From: Bispira polyomma
Taxonomy: Eukaryota
Length of the DNA stretch: 64,000 bases
Reading direction: 5' to 3'
Assembly (NCBI GenBank): GCA_965649765.1
Contig: OZ287750.1
Location: 54,746,001 to 54,810,000 of the forward strand
The translations under genes and the position numbers were made by a program. This document shows, in pieces, positions 12,272 to 24,454 of this stretch. Under the pieces are notes generated by a model, which saw only the letters and a program-made list of their open reading frames with translations, was not told the DNA's origin and ran no database searches. Every line of letters begins with the position of its first letter. The stretch's first letter is position 1.

Positions 12272-12496
12272 GGGGCCATGGTGGCCTACTGGTTAGAGCC
12301 TCCTTTAGAATTCACTGGCCTCCCACCAATTTGAATTTGAATGCTGTTCGTTGCTTCATGTGGGAAAGTTTTTCAGGTACCGTAGGTTGCTGGGTTAAAG
12401 TGCTTCAGCACTGGTTTCTTGCACCATTGAATCTGGCCGTCATGTTATGATCTAAGTTGTTAGAAGTGACGTAATAACCTAACTAAATTCAAAATA
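12272..12496 (+). mobile_element. tRNA-derived SINE with 9-bp target-site duplication
   Basis: Starts GGGGCCATGGTGGCCTACTGGTTAG (A box), degenerate B box, tail GACGTAATAA. TSD TTGACTTCA at 12263-12271 and 12497-12505; the empty site is seen in the paralogous flank near 18845. Confidence 0.8.
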
Positions 12497-13133
12497 TTGA
12501 CTTCAAATAAAATCTATATACAAAACTACATATGACAAATTGCAAGTTCATTTTTTTTCATGATTTTAACAAAACAGTAGACGCTTGTTGTGTAAATGAT
12601 ATGTGTATTATGTTGAGCATTGTGTTAAGCATAATGAAGCAAGGAATATATCAAAAGTAAAAATCATTGGCCTTGCCTTCAAGAAAAATACATATAAAGG
12701 AGCTACCTTGGATTGGTGGATTGGCATTTAAAAATAGTCAGTGATGTGTAAATGTTAAGATTTTGTAGGCTCTTTTTTGTCAAAATATATGTATCTAATG
12801 GCACCGACACGACTCCAGGACCACTCTAAGATTTATACTGCAAACAATGTCTTATCTGACATCTAAGACCTCTCTTTCACTGACAATCATATTCCTTATC
12901 AGAATATGAATGCGATTCTAACTAATGTCTGTCAGATTGACAGCTGTCCAAGGTCATAATTTACACATGTATGATAGTGTAACAAGGGATATTACTTTAA
13001 TGGGGGATAACCCTTGTTTTGATATGGTTTGTAAACCCAAAGAGTCCCAGGCTGTGCGCATAAAGCCAGATGGTATTATGCAGAAGGGAGACATGAGTGG
13101 CATTAGAGTAAGGAAGCTCTTAGTAGAAGATAT

Positions 13134-13189
13134 GTATAGTGTCATAAAGTGGCCCATATTTTTAATCATGCCTTGTATGCTGATGATAG
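13134..13189 (-). pseudogene. Detached fragment of the TRPV pseudogene (S4-S5 linker/S5)
   Basis: Encodes IISIQGMIKNMGHFMTLY, which continues the sequence that stops at ~16420. Confidence 0.8.
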
Positions 13190-14479
13190 TATGTTTGAGA
13201 TGACGAAAGAAAGTAACATCACCCTGGAGTACATGATAGACAATTAACAATTATGAAACTGTCTCCCAGTTGGTGGCAACACATTTGGTCTCGTCGAGAA
13301 ATTGCCGTTTTTTGTTTTGTTTTATAACTAGTGCAAGTGTCAATATGAAACCTCATAAGAAAGTGAATAAAGGACTGAACTCATGCATGTTATCAGCTCC
13401 AGTCATAGAGTTGACACATCTTTCCTTATGATCTTGCTATGCCCATGGACTTTACGATTGGACCAATGATTATGCTGTTGCGCTTTAAAAGATGCCTAAC
13501 ATCTATAAAGTGTGTTAAAAATTCCTACGAATAATAATTAATGGTTTTTACACATCTGTTGGATGGATAGGGTGATGTAATATGTATAACTCAAGCATGT
13601 TATCAGCTGCAGTCATTGGTGAGGGGTTTAATCTGGATCTCGTCAGTAATATTGCACTGTACTTTACTGGTATTATATCTTGTTCATGTACGCTATGTGT
13701 ATTTTTTTTGCTTGTGTTTGACAGCAATTACATTTGTCTTTTAACTGGTATTTATATTTATGTCTGGTACATGTACAGCATGTGTATATTTTATGCCTGA
13801 TCTTTGACAACCTTTACACTTGGATACTTAACTGGTTCTTATGTTTATGTCTGGTACATGTACGGCATGTGTATATTTTAGGCCTCTTTCTTTTCAGTGT
13901 ACACACGTATACAGTAAAGTAGTTGGGGCTTCTGGGTTATTAAAAAAGTTGCTCATATTACTGATTGTAGGCCTGTCTAGCCCTACTAAACACAGGTTAT
14001 TAGTCATTACACCTATTTTTGTTAACATCTTTGACAAAATACAAAGTTTTACATTAGTATACTATCATGCCTGGGTAGTAGCTCTTGCAAACTTGTATTA
14101 CACTTTTATATCTGGTGTACTTGGTGTATGTGGGTTACTTAAAAACAATTGTAATGGTTATTATATTGATTGCCAGATTGAAAATGGTAGTTACCTACCA
14201 TTGTTAGTAATATTTTACCATCGTAATTTAATGGACAATATGTTGAATGTCATCTTCAGGGACAATTTAAATTCAGCTGTTTACCACTTAGCCCTCAACT
14301 TCTTCCAGTCGACCACTCTGTTAGTCAGGTTAGGTGTATTTCTGCTGTTAAACTTTACAGTTTAGTTGTTAATACTGGTGGTTGTTTCAATTCTTTGTAT
14401 CCACGTATTCCAGTTATGTCTACTCTTAATATTTCTGTCTAGCATGAATTGTTAAAAGATTACTTAACTGGTGGAGTTA

Positions 14480-16260
14480 CTGGAGTTCGGTTTTTACTTT
14501 TGATGCTCTGGACAAGTCTATTTTAACTCAAAAACTCCACAACCATCCTTTAGCAGGTAGTTACCCTGCTCACATGCAACATTATATTTCCACTGAAACC
14601 AATTATGGGGCTATTGAAGCTTATGTAGAACCACCCTTCTCAGATTTACATATCTCCTATGCATACTCGGCATAAACCTCATTCTAACAACAGAAGAGTT
14701 ATTATAGCCTTGTCTTGTCTCAGAAATCACTTTGTTAATGTTAGTGTTTCTAAAGATGTTTTTATGCATGCAGACTTTGTAATTACATATACCACAGTGG
14801 ATCAAATGATAGATTGTATTAAGCAAAGTGGAACAGACTGTTACTTGTTTAAGGTGGATCTTCAGCACGCTTTTCTGGAGTTTGAGGGTGGACCCTCATG
14901 ATTATCACTTATTGGGTCTGTATTGGGATAATGAATACAAAGTTAATAAGGCGGTCCCCTTTGGTCTATAACATGGGAGCCATTATTGCCAGAGAATGAC
15001 TGACAGTATCATATATATCATGGCTCAGCCGGGTAATCACTTGTTTAGGTCTTTAAAAAGATGTCACTTCAGGTGCACTCAGTATGCCTTCTGATAAGTT
15101 ACAAGAATTTACTGAATTATGTGTTAATTGGAGTATAAAAGGTTTGCCTCTAAACGGCTAGTATATAGTATTGCTGGCAAGTTACTGTACGTCAGCAAAT
15201 GTGTCAGGCCAGCCAGACTGTTTGTCAATTGTATCTTGCAAGAACTGCGTACTTGTCCTTATACTGAAAGGTTTAAGTTATCAGTGCCATTTATTGTAGA
15301 CATAAAATGGTTAGTCCAATTTCTTAAACAGTTTAATGGTGTGGTTTTATATGATAAAACATTGTGAGGTAGTGCATGTTGATGCCAGTTAGACGGGCTT
15401 AGGGGCGGTTTACAAGAATTATGGTTATCATGTGGAATTAATTCAAGTATCTGAACCCCTTTTTCATGGAAGAAATGCTCAACGTTTTCACTTTGTATTT
15501 TGATAATATCATGGTAGTTAATGTTTTAAATTTTTTTGTTCTAAATTTTTCTAGAGGCAAGGACCCTTATTTATTTAAAACAGCTCGCCATATCGGGCTA
15601 CTTACTGTCTGGGGTGGATAACGTGGGGGCTGACCTCTTGTCTCGTTATTCTGATGTAGCTAAAAGTTGTGTACAGTGTGATGGTCTCCCCTTTGGTAGA
15701 GTATTTAAGGCAATGTTTTTAGTGGCTTTTTTTAGCCTATTTAGTATTAGTAATCATGTGCCCCATGCTGTGTATGTATGATTCCGACAGGCTGTTACTC
15801 TATAAATTTTTAATCTTCTGGTTTAGTCATCAATGTTAAACTAGTGTATGTTTGCAGTTACCTCAGCTTGTGGGTTCACCTTTGAGTCCAGTTTAAGCAA
15901 CGATGGACATCTTTGGAGATTATCCAGCTACTCTAGCTTCCCCCTTGTTTATATTGACAAGTTATCTGGCGTTACAAAATTTTAACAGATGTTAAGGTTT
16001 ATTATGTGCTCAAAGACATTCTTGCCGTACTCGGCCTCAGGACTAGAACTCTTGGGTTCCATACATTCAGACGGTCAGGAGCTTCACACCTGTTTTAACA
16101 TAATGTGCCTTTTCAATGCCTTTACACTCATGGCACATGGACTTTTGATGCCATGGAGTCATAACTGCAGGCTGGTGATAACCTCAATATTATCCCTTAA
16201 ACTTTTCAATTCATTCTTTCTTAAAACAACAAGAACAACAACAGACTGGGGTGGTTAGTA
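14480..16260 (+). mobile_element. Heavily degraded YR (DIRS/Ngaro-type) retrotransposon: RT, RNase H and recombinase remnants
   Basis: Fragments PMHTRHKPHSNNRRVI, LFKVDLQHAF, AGKLLYVSKCVRPARLFVN, VHVDAS, FLVAFFSLFSISNHVP, HTFRRSGAS and HGTW are colinear with the element at 19817-26660. The insertion may span 13190-16419. Confidence 0.8.
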
Positions 16261-16419
16261 TAATTCTTTAGTAGACACTAACTAATATCACAAACTTATA
16301 TCATTACTAGTTAATATGTCATACAACAATGTGATTCTGAATGCATGGAATAAAATAACAAAAAGTACATTATTGTGTTCTCATTGTATAGTTAACCAAC
16401 AATCCTTCATTGGGCACTG

Positions 16420-17151
16420 TAGAAGAAGTAAACATGGGCAGGAACTGGATGAAGTAAAATATGGACCAAATACACACAATAGGGATTCCTACTTAATCTT
16501 TGCAGCTTTTCTGACACTAAATATTGGTCCAAGGATAATACTGGTAACATTTGGATCTGTCAGTTTCTCTTGTTGTAAATAAGCAATATACTGAAGCGGA
16601 AATGTATTCTTATGACTTGCTGTTTCACACTCAGGGATGTTATGTGATGTTAGTAGACATCCCTCGAATGTCTTCACAAGGTACATATGTGTCTTTAGTT
16701 TCAAATATAGCCTTGACTAGCTGCAGTATTCCCTGTTGTGCTGCATACTCAAATGGCTTAAGGCCATCATCATGTTCACCTTCAACTAACTCTACCATGT
16801 GCTCCTTACCAGTCTTAGGCAGTAGCCAATGAAGTGTGGTGTACATTTTTGCCCCCAATGTTGGGTAATACATATACATACAAACAGCCAGATTTAACAG
16901 CAGTGACACTCAGTGCCATGCTCCCAAACACACCAATACAATAATCATCTTCAAAATCAAAAGGGCAGCTCACTAACTCTGTACAAGATTTCCTCTGCAT
17001 TATTAAACACAAGGGCATCTAAGTAATCCTGGTAGCTCTGTATTGGTATGCTCTTTGTTTGTTGTCTTTCAATTAAAGGGGTTGATTGGACTTTGAAAAC
17101 ACTCTCCAATTTAATGACTTTCATTGTAGCTGTAGAGGATACTTTTTCCAT
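16420..17151 (-). pseudogene. TRPV-like pseudogene (5' part)
   Basis: MEKVSSTA..., SCPFDFEDDYCIGVFG, KEHMVELVEGEHDDGLKPFEYAAQQG, YLQQEKLTDP and WSIFYFIQ occur in shifting frames with internal deletions. The proximal promoter is replaced by an insertion. Confidence 0.9.
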
Positions 17152-17655
17152 AGTTCAATACTAGCAAATGTTACTGTGAAACTTTAAAATATTACTGTCT
17201 TTCACACTTACAGTATAGTAGAGATATACCGCCTATGTGACCTTGAGTTGATAAATCTGATGCAGTTTGGGATAAATTTTAATGTTATTAATAAAATTCT
17301 TCTAAAAACAGCTTTATACAAAAATTTTAAGGTTAAAATTTTATAAAATGCCATATATAATGGACATGGCAAGTAATTATTTGGGGTACAATATTCCCAA
17401 TACAAATGTAAGATAATAAAATTACTTTATAACATGCATTATAGCAACATGGCCAACATGGGCCTATAACAAGTAATAGGTTAAGAATATTAAAATTAGG
17501 CGAACATACAGCCTGGTAAAAGAGTTAACAATAGGCACACAGACTGGTAAAAGATTTAACAATAGGCATACAGCCTGATATAAGTTTCATAAAACCAGAA
17601 AGCCATTTATGGCCTGTGCTAAACTAATAGTTCTATGTGTTTTTTTTCAAGATGG

Positions 17656-17778
17656 CTGTTTTACATGTGTTTGTGTCAAGATGGCCGTCATACAGCCTGT
17701 TTTACATGTGTTTGTGTCAAGATGGCCGTCATACAGCCTGTTTTACATGTGTTTGTGTCAAGATGGCCGTCATACGGC
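17656..17778. repeat. 41-bp tandem repeat x3
   Basis: CTGTTTTACATGTGTTTGTGTCAAGATGGCCGTCATACAGC at 17656, 17697 and 17738; a 31-bp tandem also lies at ~17505-17580. Confidence 0.9.
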
Positions 17779-17854
17779 CTTTAAGTTTTTGTATGTGATG
17801 TGCTAGTTGTGTTTAGGCAACTTTGCTATTTGTCAATAAGTTATGTTTGGTCAT

Positions 17855-17955
17855 GGTACCTAATCGCTTAGCAGTGAAGGTCCCCAGCTGCAGAGCTTTA
17901 AACCCCGGTAGCTCACACCAGGAGGTAGTTTCAAGCTGGGGACCAGCACTAGACG
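17855..17955 (-). ncRNA. Candidate structured RNA motif, copy E3
   Basis: Minus strand CGTCTAGTGCTGGTCCCCAGCTTGAAACTACC...GAGCT...AGCTCTGCAGCTGGGGACCTTCACTGCTAAGCGATTAGGTACC. Perfect 11-bp helix plus CTAA-GCGA-TTAG hairpin. Confidence 0.6.
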
Positions 17956-19740
17956 GTTCGAATCTGTTGGTGGGGACATGCGAGATACATGTAAAAACAA
18001 GTTCATCAATCATAGTAAATAAATTTTTGACTTGTCTCGTTGCTTTCAGAGTTTATAATGCTAGCATAAAGGGAAAGGCGGGAATTCGCCCAGGAATCGA
18101 AGTATTTGATTGGTCTTGATTTGCCATTTGATTGGCTTTTGGTTGGTATACAAATAATTTTACTGTAAGCATTTTTGTGAAATAGTTGATCAGTAAACTT
18201 AAATTTGCTTAAGCTGTACGTATAGATTTTTAGAAAGTAGAAATATAGATATAAAGTAAATTTGTCAAATTGAATGCAGATACTAAGATGTAAGACAATT
18301 TAAATAAGGCATAAATTGTATGTTTCACATATATTTTCACTGAATATAAGAACCATCTCTTTGCCACCTTTATCATTGATTACCTCATCCTGTAGAAATC
18401 CTCATCCTGCATGTATTTCTCATACATCATAGAAAGTTGAAAAGTTACCATAGTTTATGATACTGAAGTGGAACTATCTTGGTTAGCACCTTTATTTATT
18501 GTTGATAAAGTACATTTAACCTGTTTGTTGATGACAAAATATAATTGACTCTGCAAAAGGACAAATACGTGTTATTGGATAACACAATACAAAAAAAAGA
18601 AAGATTTGTTCTATGCAATATTGAACACCTAATGCATCATTGATCTATCCTTTTGTTTTGGGCAAATATACAAAATGGTAACTCACACTTGCATTTTTTA
18701 ATTTCCCCTTAATGCCTTTCATTATGAGCAAACTAACACAAAATCAACAAATAATACAAAATGTTTCTTTGCAGAAATCATGCAGCTAACCAGTGCATTG
18801 GTAAACAGCAAATTCAATATTTTCATTGTAATTTCAAACTACATTGACTTCAAGCAAAATCCATTGCATTGGTAGATTTCTATTTAAAAATATTCAGTGA
18901 TGTGTAAACAGTGGCTTGTTTTGTCAAAATGCATGTATCTAGAGACACCTACAAAACTCTATTATCTCAATGGCTTTCCTCAAAATTAACATCGATTTGT
19001 TGTAATAGAGCATTGCAGTCATTGACAGCATATTAGGTACACAGCACGGTGCCTGGGTCTGGTCCTCGAAAGCACTATATTGCATAATCCAACTGACACA
19101 AGGTCCACTGGTCATGTTGACTGTTTCTGTAAAACATTCATACAGGGGAACAGAAAAGTAATACCAAGGTGTTCTATTTTGTAAATATTGTCCTATTTAA
19201 TACAGAAACACTATTATAGCTAATGTGAATAGCATCTTCATGAATATGTCACCCAATGCATGACTTTCACTCCCAAGTCACGTCCTGGACTTCTACCAAG
19301 CCAGAATCAACCCTGACCCTTTCTGAGACAAGAATGACAGGTTTCTTTTTGTCTTCGTTGCGATGTCTGCTAGCTAGTTTGTTGAAATTTTATACAATCA
19401 TAGCCTGACACACCAGTAATACTTACCATGATTCATGGACCTGACCTCTGCTTGACCTTTAGTAGGGAGTTCCCTTCTTTGATTTGTCTCTGCACTTAGC
19501 TCGAGATACATTGGGTAGCCCATCTAGTTGCTGGTATCCCCCTTTCTAACTCAACAGGCATGCTCCTCACTATCACTTTTGTGATGTGAGCCTTTATACT
19601 TATATATACATCTTGTTTACATTGCATCTGCTTTTTACTAATCATATTCTTATGGGCGAGTCTTGTATTAATATTACAAGCACGTATACATTAGGACCTG
19701 AAGGAGTTTCATAAAGAAATTCTAATTTTATTGAGAGACA

Positions 19741-19816
19741 TACACTACTAAAACCAGTGCAATGGTAATACCAAGCATTTAATAGTTAATTTCTATGCTG
19801 ATGATACAAAACTTTA
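19741..19816 (+). mobile_element. 5' piece of a truncated L2 LINE, split by the Ngaro insertion
   Basis: Encodes VNFYADDTKLY(V) and rejoins in frame with 26661 (HLLNRITTSAF...). Compare FHFYADDTQLYVHLSHKNTSTAF in the L2 at 60470-61411. Confidence 0.8.
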
Positions 19817-20032
19817 TGTGTATAGCACGAACACAAAAGGGTTCTGATAATTCAGTTCAATAGTTAGCTTTTCCTTAACCCCCAGGGAATGAACCTGACA
19901 CTAAAACTTCAGGAGCATTTACTAATCAATAACCAATCACATTCATTCCACCAATTGCTAGAGCACAATTCCCAATTGGGGGGGTAATTCATATTGAAAC
20001 CACATCACATGAAGGAACACAATAGAAAAGTG
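19817..20032 (+). repeat. Ngaro repeat A1 (216 bp)
   Basis: Direct repeat of 25604-25819; about 9 differences by manual count. Confidence 0.93.
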
Positions 20033-20096
20033 TGGCAAAATCAAGCTTTTAGGTAGCCATTTTACACTGGATTTTACATTTTTAGTCTTTATTTAT

Positions 20097-21381
20097 TTGT
20101 GTGTTATATTTTTTAATTGTGCAACAACAAGTGTCAATACTACGGGACGTTCAAGAAAAACACCATCTGCAGGATCAAAGCCAGCTAAGGCCAAGAAAAC
20201 CATAACCAAGGCAAAAAAGACTACAATTCAGGATCAGGTAAATGGGAGTTTTATATCCGATTTACCCTTCCCCTTTGGTCAAACAACACCTCAGAATAGA
20301 TCAAGTTCAGCCGGATCTGAGTTTAACCAGTATGCAGGCTCCAATCCCATTCACACGGATGTCGGGCAGATCCACGCTAATCAACCACTCGTGTCACTTG
20401 CTACTACTACAAGCGAGCCGGCAGGTGATACAGTACAAATGCTGGAAATCTTGAAGAGATTGGAGCAGTCCAACGCGGACTTAGGCCAGGGCCTCCACTG
20501 GGTGGAATCCCGAGAGTCTCAGAATTCCACGCCCTTACTTCCATCAGTACCAAACACCGGGGCCACGGGGGGTCACATCCCACGTACTCAGCCATTACAT
20601 ACAGTACAGGACTCGCTAGCTCTCCCAAGGGCCACCAACATTCACGACTATGCCAGAGACGGAATCGTCCCAGGGGTGGATGCGCTTAAGGCACTTCCAG
20701 ATGTACAAGCCATTGTAAATCAACGGATCTCGAAGTATGAAGCTCTTGCTCGCAGCATCTTCCACCAAGGTAAGCCCCCCCCCCCCCACTACTCATCAAA
20801 AGTCGGGCCGTTTTAACTATACATATATTGCATCATCAGACCCTAAGCTTCGTTGGCCTAATGAGGGTTTCACAAGGGGGGCTTCCAGAAAGAGGCCAGG
20901 TTTTGACGACCTAACTTTACCACAGTGGGTGGCAGGGCATCTTTCCAACGCTATGCAGGTTTCGGATCCACTAATATTCAGAGAAATGGTACACCAGCTA
21001 GTGCTTTCACTTCGCGACGCTTTATCATTACCATGGGAAGTGGTAAGGTCGGCATAGGGCCAGAACATGCATGAAGTAGAAGAGGGTCGTCTCAGGTGGG
21101 ACAACACCATGCAATATTCGCTGAATCGGCTTAGTTCGTCCCAGATGGCTATGGCGACTTCTAACACATCAGGCAAGCATAACCCAACAAACGGTAAATC
21201 CTCGAAAATGATTTGTAAACTCTTCAGCAGCGGCAAGTGCGCGCATAATTCTGACCACGGCACATACTGGCATGTGTGTTGGCACTGTGCCACGGTACTA
21301 CATAAAGACAACCAACATCCAGAATTTAAGTGCTATCGTTCCAATTCGTCCAAACAAACTGACAGTAGGGACTCCACATAA
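20097..21381 (+). pseudogene. Ngaro gag-like ORF (frameshift in a poly-C run near 20775, in-frame TAG at 21055)
   Basis: KSGR...WPNE...FDDLTLPQWVAG...EVEEGRLRWD and a C-terminal C-x7-C-x5-H...C-x2-C-x9-H-x4-C Zn finger. Homologous to 29163-30611. Confidence 0.8.
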
Positions 21382-21424
21382 CAGCTAGGTAATTTACCGA
21401 CAACCAGTAGATCAGCACAGGGAC

Positions 21425-23935
21425 GTGTATAAGTTGAGCGGAAAGGTGGTAAATAATAAAGATCTGAGAATTAGGAACAGAAATCATGAGTTTAAATTGT
21501 CTAGTCATATTTCGGGAAGTCAGACAGATGTGAACAGTGTTAATGCTACAAATTGGTGTCAAAATGTTGATACTGGAGAAAGTACAAAAGATGTAATTAA
21601 AGTGGTCAATGGTCAATCAGACCAAATAAATGACACATTATTTAAAGGTAGTGATAAAAATAGAAATAGAACAGTAAATAAGTATTTAAAAGAACTGAAT
21701 ACTATTTGTCATGTAAATGTTAAATCTAGTGCTGGGATGAGAAAAATACCAAATGTAAACACGAGTGTTGTTAATGTACTGAATAATGTGAATTTGTGTA
21801 ATGCAAATGTTAAATCTAGTGTTGGGATGAGGAAAATACCAAATGGTAACACAAGTGTTAATAATGTATTGAATGATGTGAAATTAAATATTTCATGTGC
21901 AGACCCAGTAGTGTTTACATTTATTAAGCATGACTCTAAGACCAGTTTTCAGGAAGAACAACATAGCTGTGACAACAGATGTGTCAACATATTTCAGGAT
22001 TTAATGTACACTAACCAAACTAACAGTGGAATAAATCATAATGTAAACGACCAAAGTACAGGTTTTAAGGCTTGTGTAGATACAAATATTGATCAGAAAC
22101 AATCGGATTTTAGTGTCATGGTGGTCACTGCCAAGGTTTCTATGACTAACTGGTGGCACTGTCAGGGGATGGGGAAATATTTTCCAATAATACATGTGGG
22201 AACAGATAATGCTGAAATTTCGGGATTCTTTTGGCAACAACCAAGTGAAGATCAGGTGCATTATAATTACATAAAATACCAGGATTTGCCACATATTCCA
22301 CTTCACATTTCTTACACCACGGAACAAGACTTGGCAGTGTACAACCAAATTCAGCATCATGATCAGGAGGCCATGACCTTGGCTAAGCAAACTTTTTTAC
22401 TTCATGAAAAAGACAGACAATGCATGTCTCAATTTGGCTATGATTATAGTGATCATATCACTGCTATTATTGACAAGTTGATAAGTGATGATGCTGATAC
22501 TTTGGCACAAGATGACAGTAATACTGTGGTAAATGGTCATAATACTAACACTATTAACACCAATGTTCATTGTAATGTAGCACAGAATGCTAGAACCATG
22601 TTGTCCGGTTTCTCCGAACATATTTCTGAAATTTCTCCAGTCAGCAAAAATTGTAAGGACAGTAAGGCTAAGGATTTCAATCTCCCTGATAAGGACAGGA
22701 GATTTATTGCTCTTTCGGCTACAGATTTCACTTTTTATGGCCTAGATAGGGATTTTAAAACATTTGACAATATTAATGCGTTTATTGAAGTAGCAAACAT
22801 TATTAACGACACAGGCTCTTCCAATTACAAAGGGGCTCGGATTCCTTTGCTCTCTGACTTAAATATCGAGGCTTGGGAAAAATTGCTCAGCGAGTATCCT
22901 GATAAGTTACTTTTTCAGTATCTCAAATTTGGATTCCCACTTTCCCTTACTGATTCTGATCAACTTAAAATTACTGAAGTTACTAACCACCATTCGGCTC
23001 TTCAGCATATGGATGCAGTTGGCCAATACCTGGAAAAAGAATATTCACACGGTGCCATGTTAGGTCCAGTTAATCACGTTGACAGTGATTTATATCACTG
23101 TTCTCCCCTTCTCACACGTCCTAAAGATAACAATAAGCATAGGGTGATTCTGAACTTGTCACACCCTCAGGTTAACTCGGTCAATGACAAGGTAGACAGG
23201 GACTGTTTTGACGGGGTCAGATTTGCTCTTAAGTTCCCATCTATCGACGATATTACAGCAAAAATCAGAGACACCCCTGACGCTAGGATATATAAACTGG
23301 ACGTCGATAGGGCCTTTCGTAACTTAAGAGTGGACCCAGTCGACGCCATGAAACTAGGCATAAAAGTTAAGGGTAACAACTACATTGATCCTGCGGTTGC
23401 TTTTGGCTGGGTCCACGGCTCGGCGGCGTTCCAGCATCTCTCTGACATCATAGCGCATGAAATGGGTAGGCGTGGTCACCAGGTGTTCTGTTACATCGAT
23501 GACTACATTGGTATATCCCCCAGGAACGATCCAGATAGGGCTTTTCATGATTTTACTGATCTGGTGACCTCATTAGGTCTTCCTAGCAATCAGGACAAGT
23601 TATCTCCCCCTAGTACTAAAGTAACGTGTTTAGGCATTGATATTGACTTGAATAAGGGCGTTATCAGCATAACTAAAGAAAAAATAAAGGAAACCTATGA
23701 CGCTTGTTTAGAAATAAGTAACAAAACCTGGATCTCACGAAAAAAATTTCAATCTATTCTAGGTAAGCTTCTCTACATACATAAGTGCGTGAAACCTGCA
23801 CGCATTTTTGTCAATAGACTTCTTGCAGCTTTTAGGAATAATCCACTGGCAAAAAGATTTAAGGTTACTGAAGAGATTAAGGCAGATTTGCAATGGTTTG
23901 TCATTTTCTTACCAACTGTTAACGGGGTTACATAG
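21425..23935 (+). CDS. Ngaro reverse transcriptase ORF with long low-complexity N-terminal extension
   Basis: LKFGFPL, SPLLTRPK...RVILNLS, YKLDVDRAFRNL, AFGW, CYIDD, CLGIDID, LGKLLYIHKCV. Truncated by a frameshift before RNase H. Confidence 0.88.
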   Translation: MYKLSGKVVNNKDLRIRNRNHEFKLSSHISGSQTDVNSVNATNWCQNVDTGESTKDVIKVVNGQSDQINDTLFKGSDKNRNRTVNKYLKELNTICHVNVKSSAGMRKIPNVNTSVVNVLNNVNLCNANVKSSVGMRKIPNGNTSVNNVLNDVKLNISCADPVVFTFIKHDSKTSFQEEQHSCDNRCVNIFQDLMYTNQTNSGINHNVNDQSTGFKACVDTNIDQKQSDFSVMVVTAKVSMTNWWHCQGMGKYFPIIHVGTDNAEISGFFWQQPSEDQVHYNYIKYQDLPHIPLHISYTTEQDLAVYNQIQHHDQEAMTLAKQTFLLHEKDRQCMSQFGYDYSDHITAIIDKLISDDADTLAQDDSNTVVNGHNTNTINTNVHCNVAQNARTMLSGFSEHISEISPVSKNCKDSKAKDFNLPDKDRRFIALSATDFTFYGLDRDFKTFDNINAFIEVANIINDTGSSNYKGARIPLLSDLNIEAWEKLLSEYPDKLLFQYLKFGFPLSLTDSDQLKITEVTNHHSALQHMDAVGQYLEKEYSHGAMLGPVNHVDSDLYHCSPLLTRPKDNNKHRVILNLSHPQVNSVNDKVDRDCFDGVRFALKFPSIDDITAKIRDTPDARIYKLDVDRAFRNLRVDPVDAMKLGIKVKGNNYIDPAVAFGWVHGSAAFQHLSDIIAHEMGRRGHQVFCYIDDYIGISPRNDPDRAFHDFTDLVTSLGLPSNQDKLSPPSTKVTCLGIDIDLNKGVISITKEKIKETYDACLEISNKTWISRKKFQSILGKLLYIHKCVKPARIFVNRLLAAFRNNPLAKRFKVTEEIKADLQWFVIFLPTVNGVT
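21703..21884 (+). repeat. 90-bp (30-aa) tandem duplication inside the RT ORF extension
   Basis: CHVNVKSSAGMRKIPNVNTSVVNVLNNVNL / CNANVKSSVGMRKIPNGNTSVNNVLNDVKL. Confidence 0.85.
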
Positions 23936-23939
23936 AACC

Positions 23940-24454
23940 ACTAGAACAAACCCAAGGAAATGAAGTGTTCATAGATGTTTGCCTTACTGGTTTAGGCGGC
24001 ATTTATGGCAAACAAGTATATGCTGTCCCCTTTCATAATATATAAACTTAATCTCACAATAGTTCACTTGGAGATGTTGAACATCCTGATTGCTCTCAGA
24101 TTATGGGCAATCGAATGGGCACACTCTAGAATAAAAATTTACTGTGACAATATGGCAGTAGTGCTGGTTGTCGGTTCTAGTAAGACTAAGGATAAATTTC
24201 TCGCTCTATGCCTCAGGTACATATGGCTGTTGTCAGCCAAATATGATATCACACTGGAGGTCCAACACATTAGGGGCAAAAAGAACGTCATGGCAGACTA
24301 CCTTTCTAGAATATATTCAGAAAATCCAATAACTGTGGACATTAACAATGATGACTATAAACACCTCATCTGGAATCATATTCCACTAGCTTATTTTAAT
24401 ATAAATTTTACACTATACTTTCAGATGCTTTCACTGTTACACAGCCACTTATGA
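23940..24454 (+). pseudogene. Ngaro RNase H domain (frameshifted)
   Basis: VFIDVCLTGLGG / IVHLEMLN / IYCDN / HIRGKKNVMADYLSR provide the D-E-D-D catalytic set across two frames. Confidence 0.85.

Larger units (their letters stand above)
17245..18165 (-). mobile_element. Insertion replacing the pseudogene promoter; probable 3'-terminal fragment of a YR retrotransposon
   Basis: Interrupts homology with the other paralog flanks (resumes ~18170). Carries CCAAT/TTCCCGCC motifs like the Ngaro A repeats, followed by the conserved structured motif. Confidence 0.5.

Noticed and set aside
13841-14365. 174-aa hydrophobic ORF (and the 149-aa ORF at 51639)
   Set aside because: No recognisable domain; they lie in T-rich degraded transposon sequence.
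17656-17778. CRISPR-like array
   Set aside because: Head-to-tail repeats with no spacers, eukaryotic context and no cas genes; a minisatellite.
17955-17965. GGTTCGAATC B-box suggesting a tRNA or SINE
   Set aside because: No A box at a suitable distance and no cloverleaf; it abuts the minus-strand structured motif.
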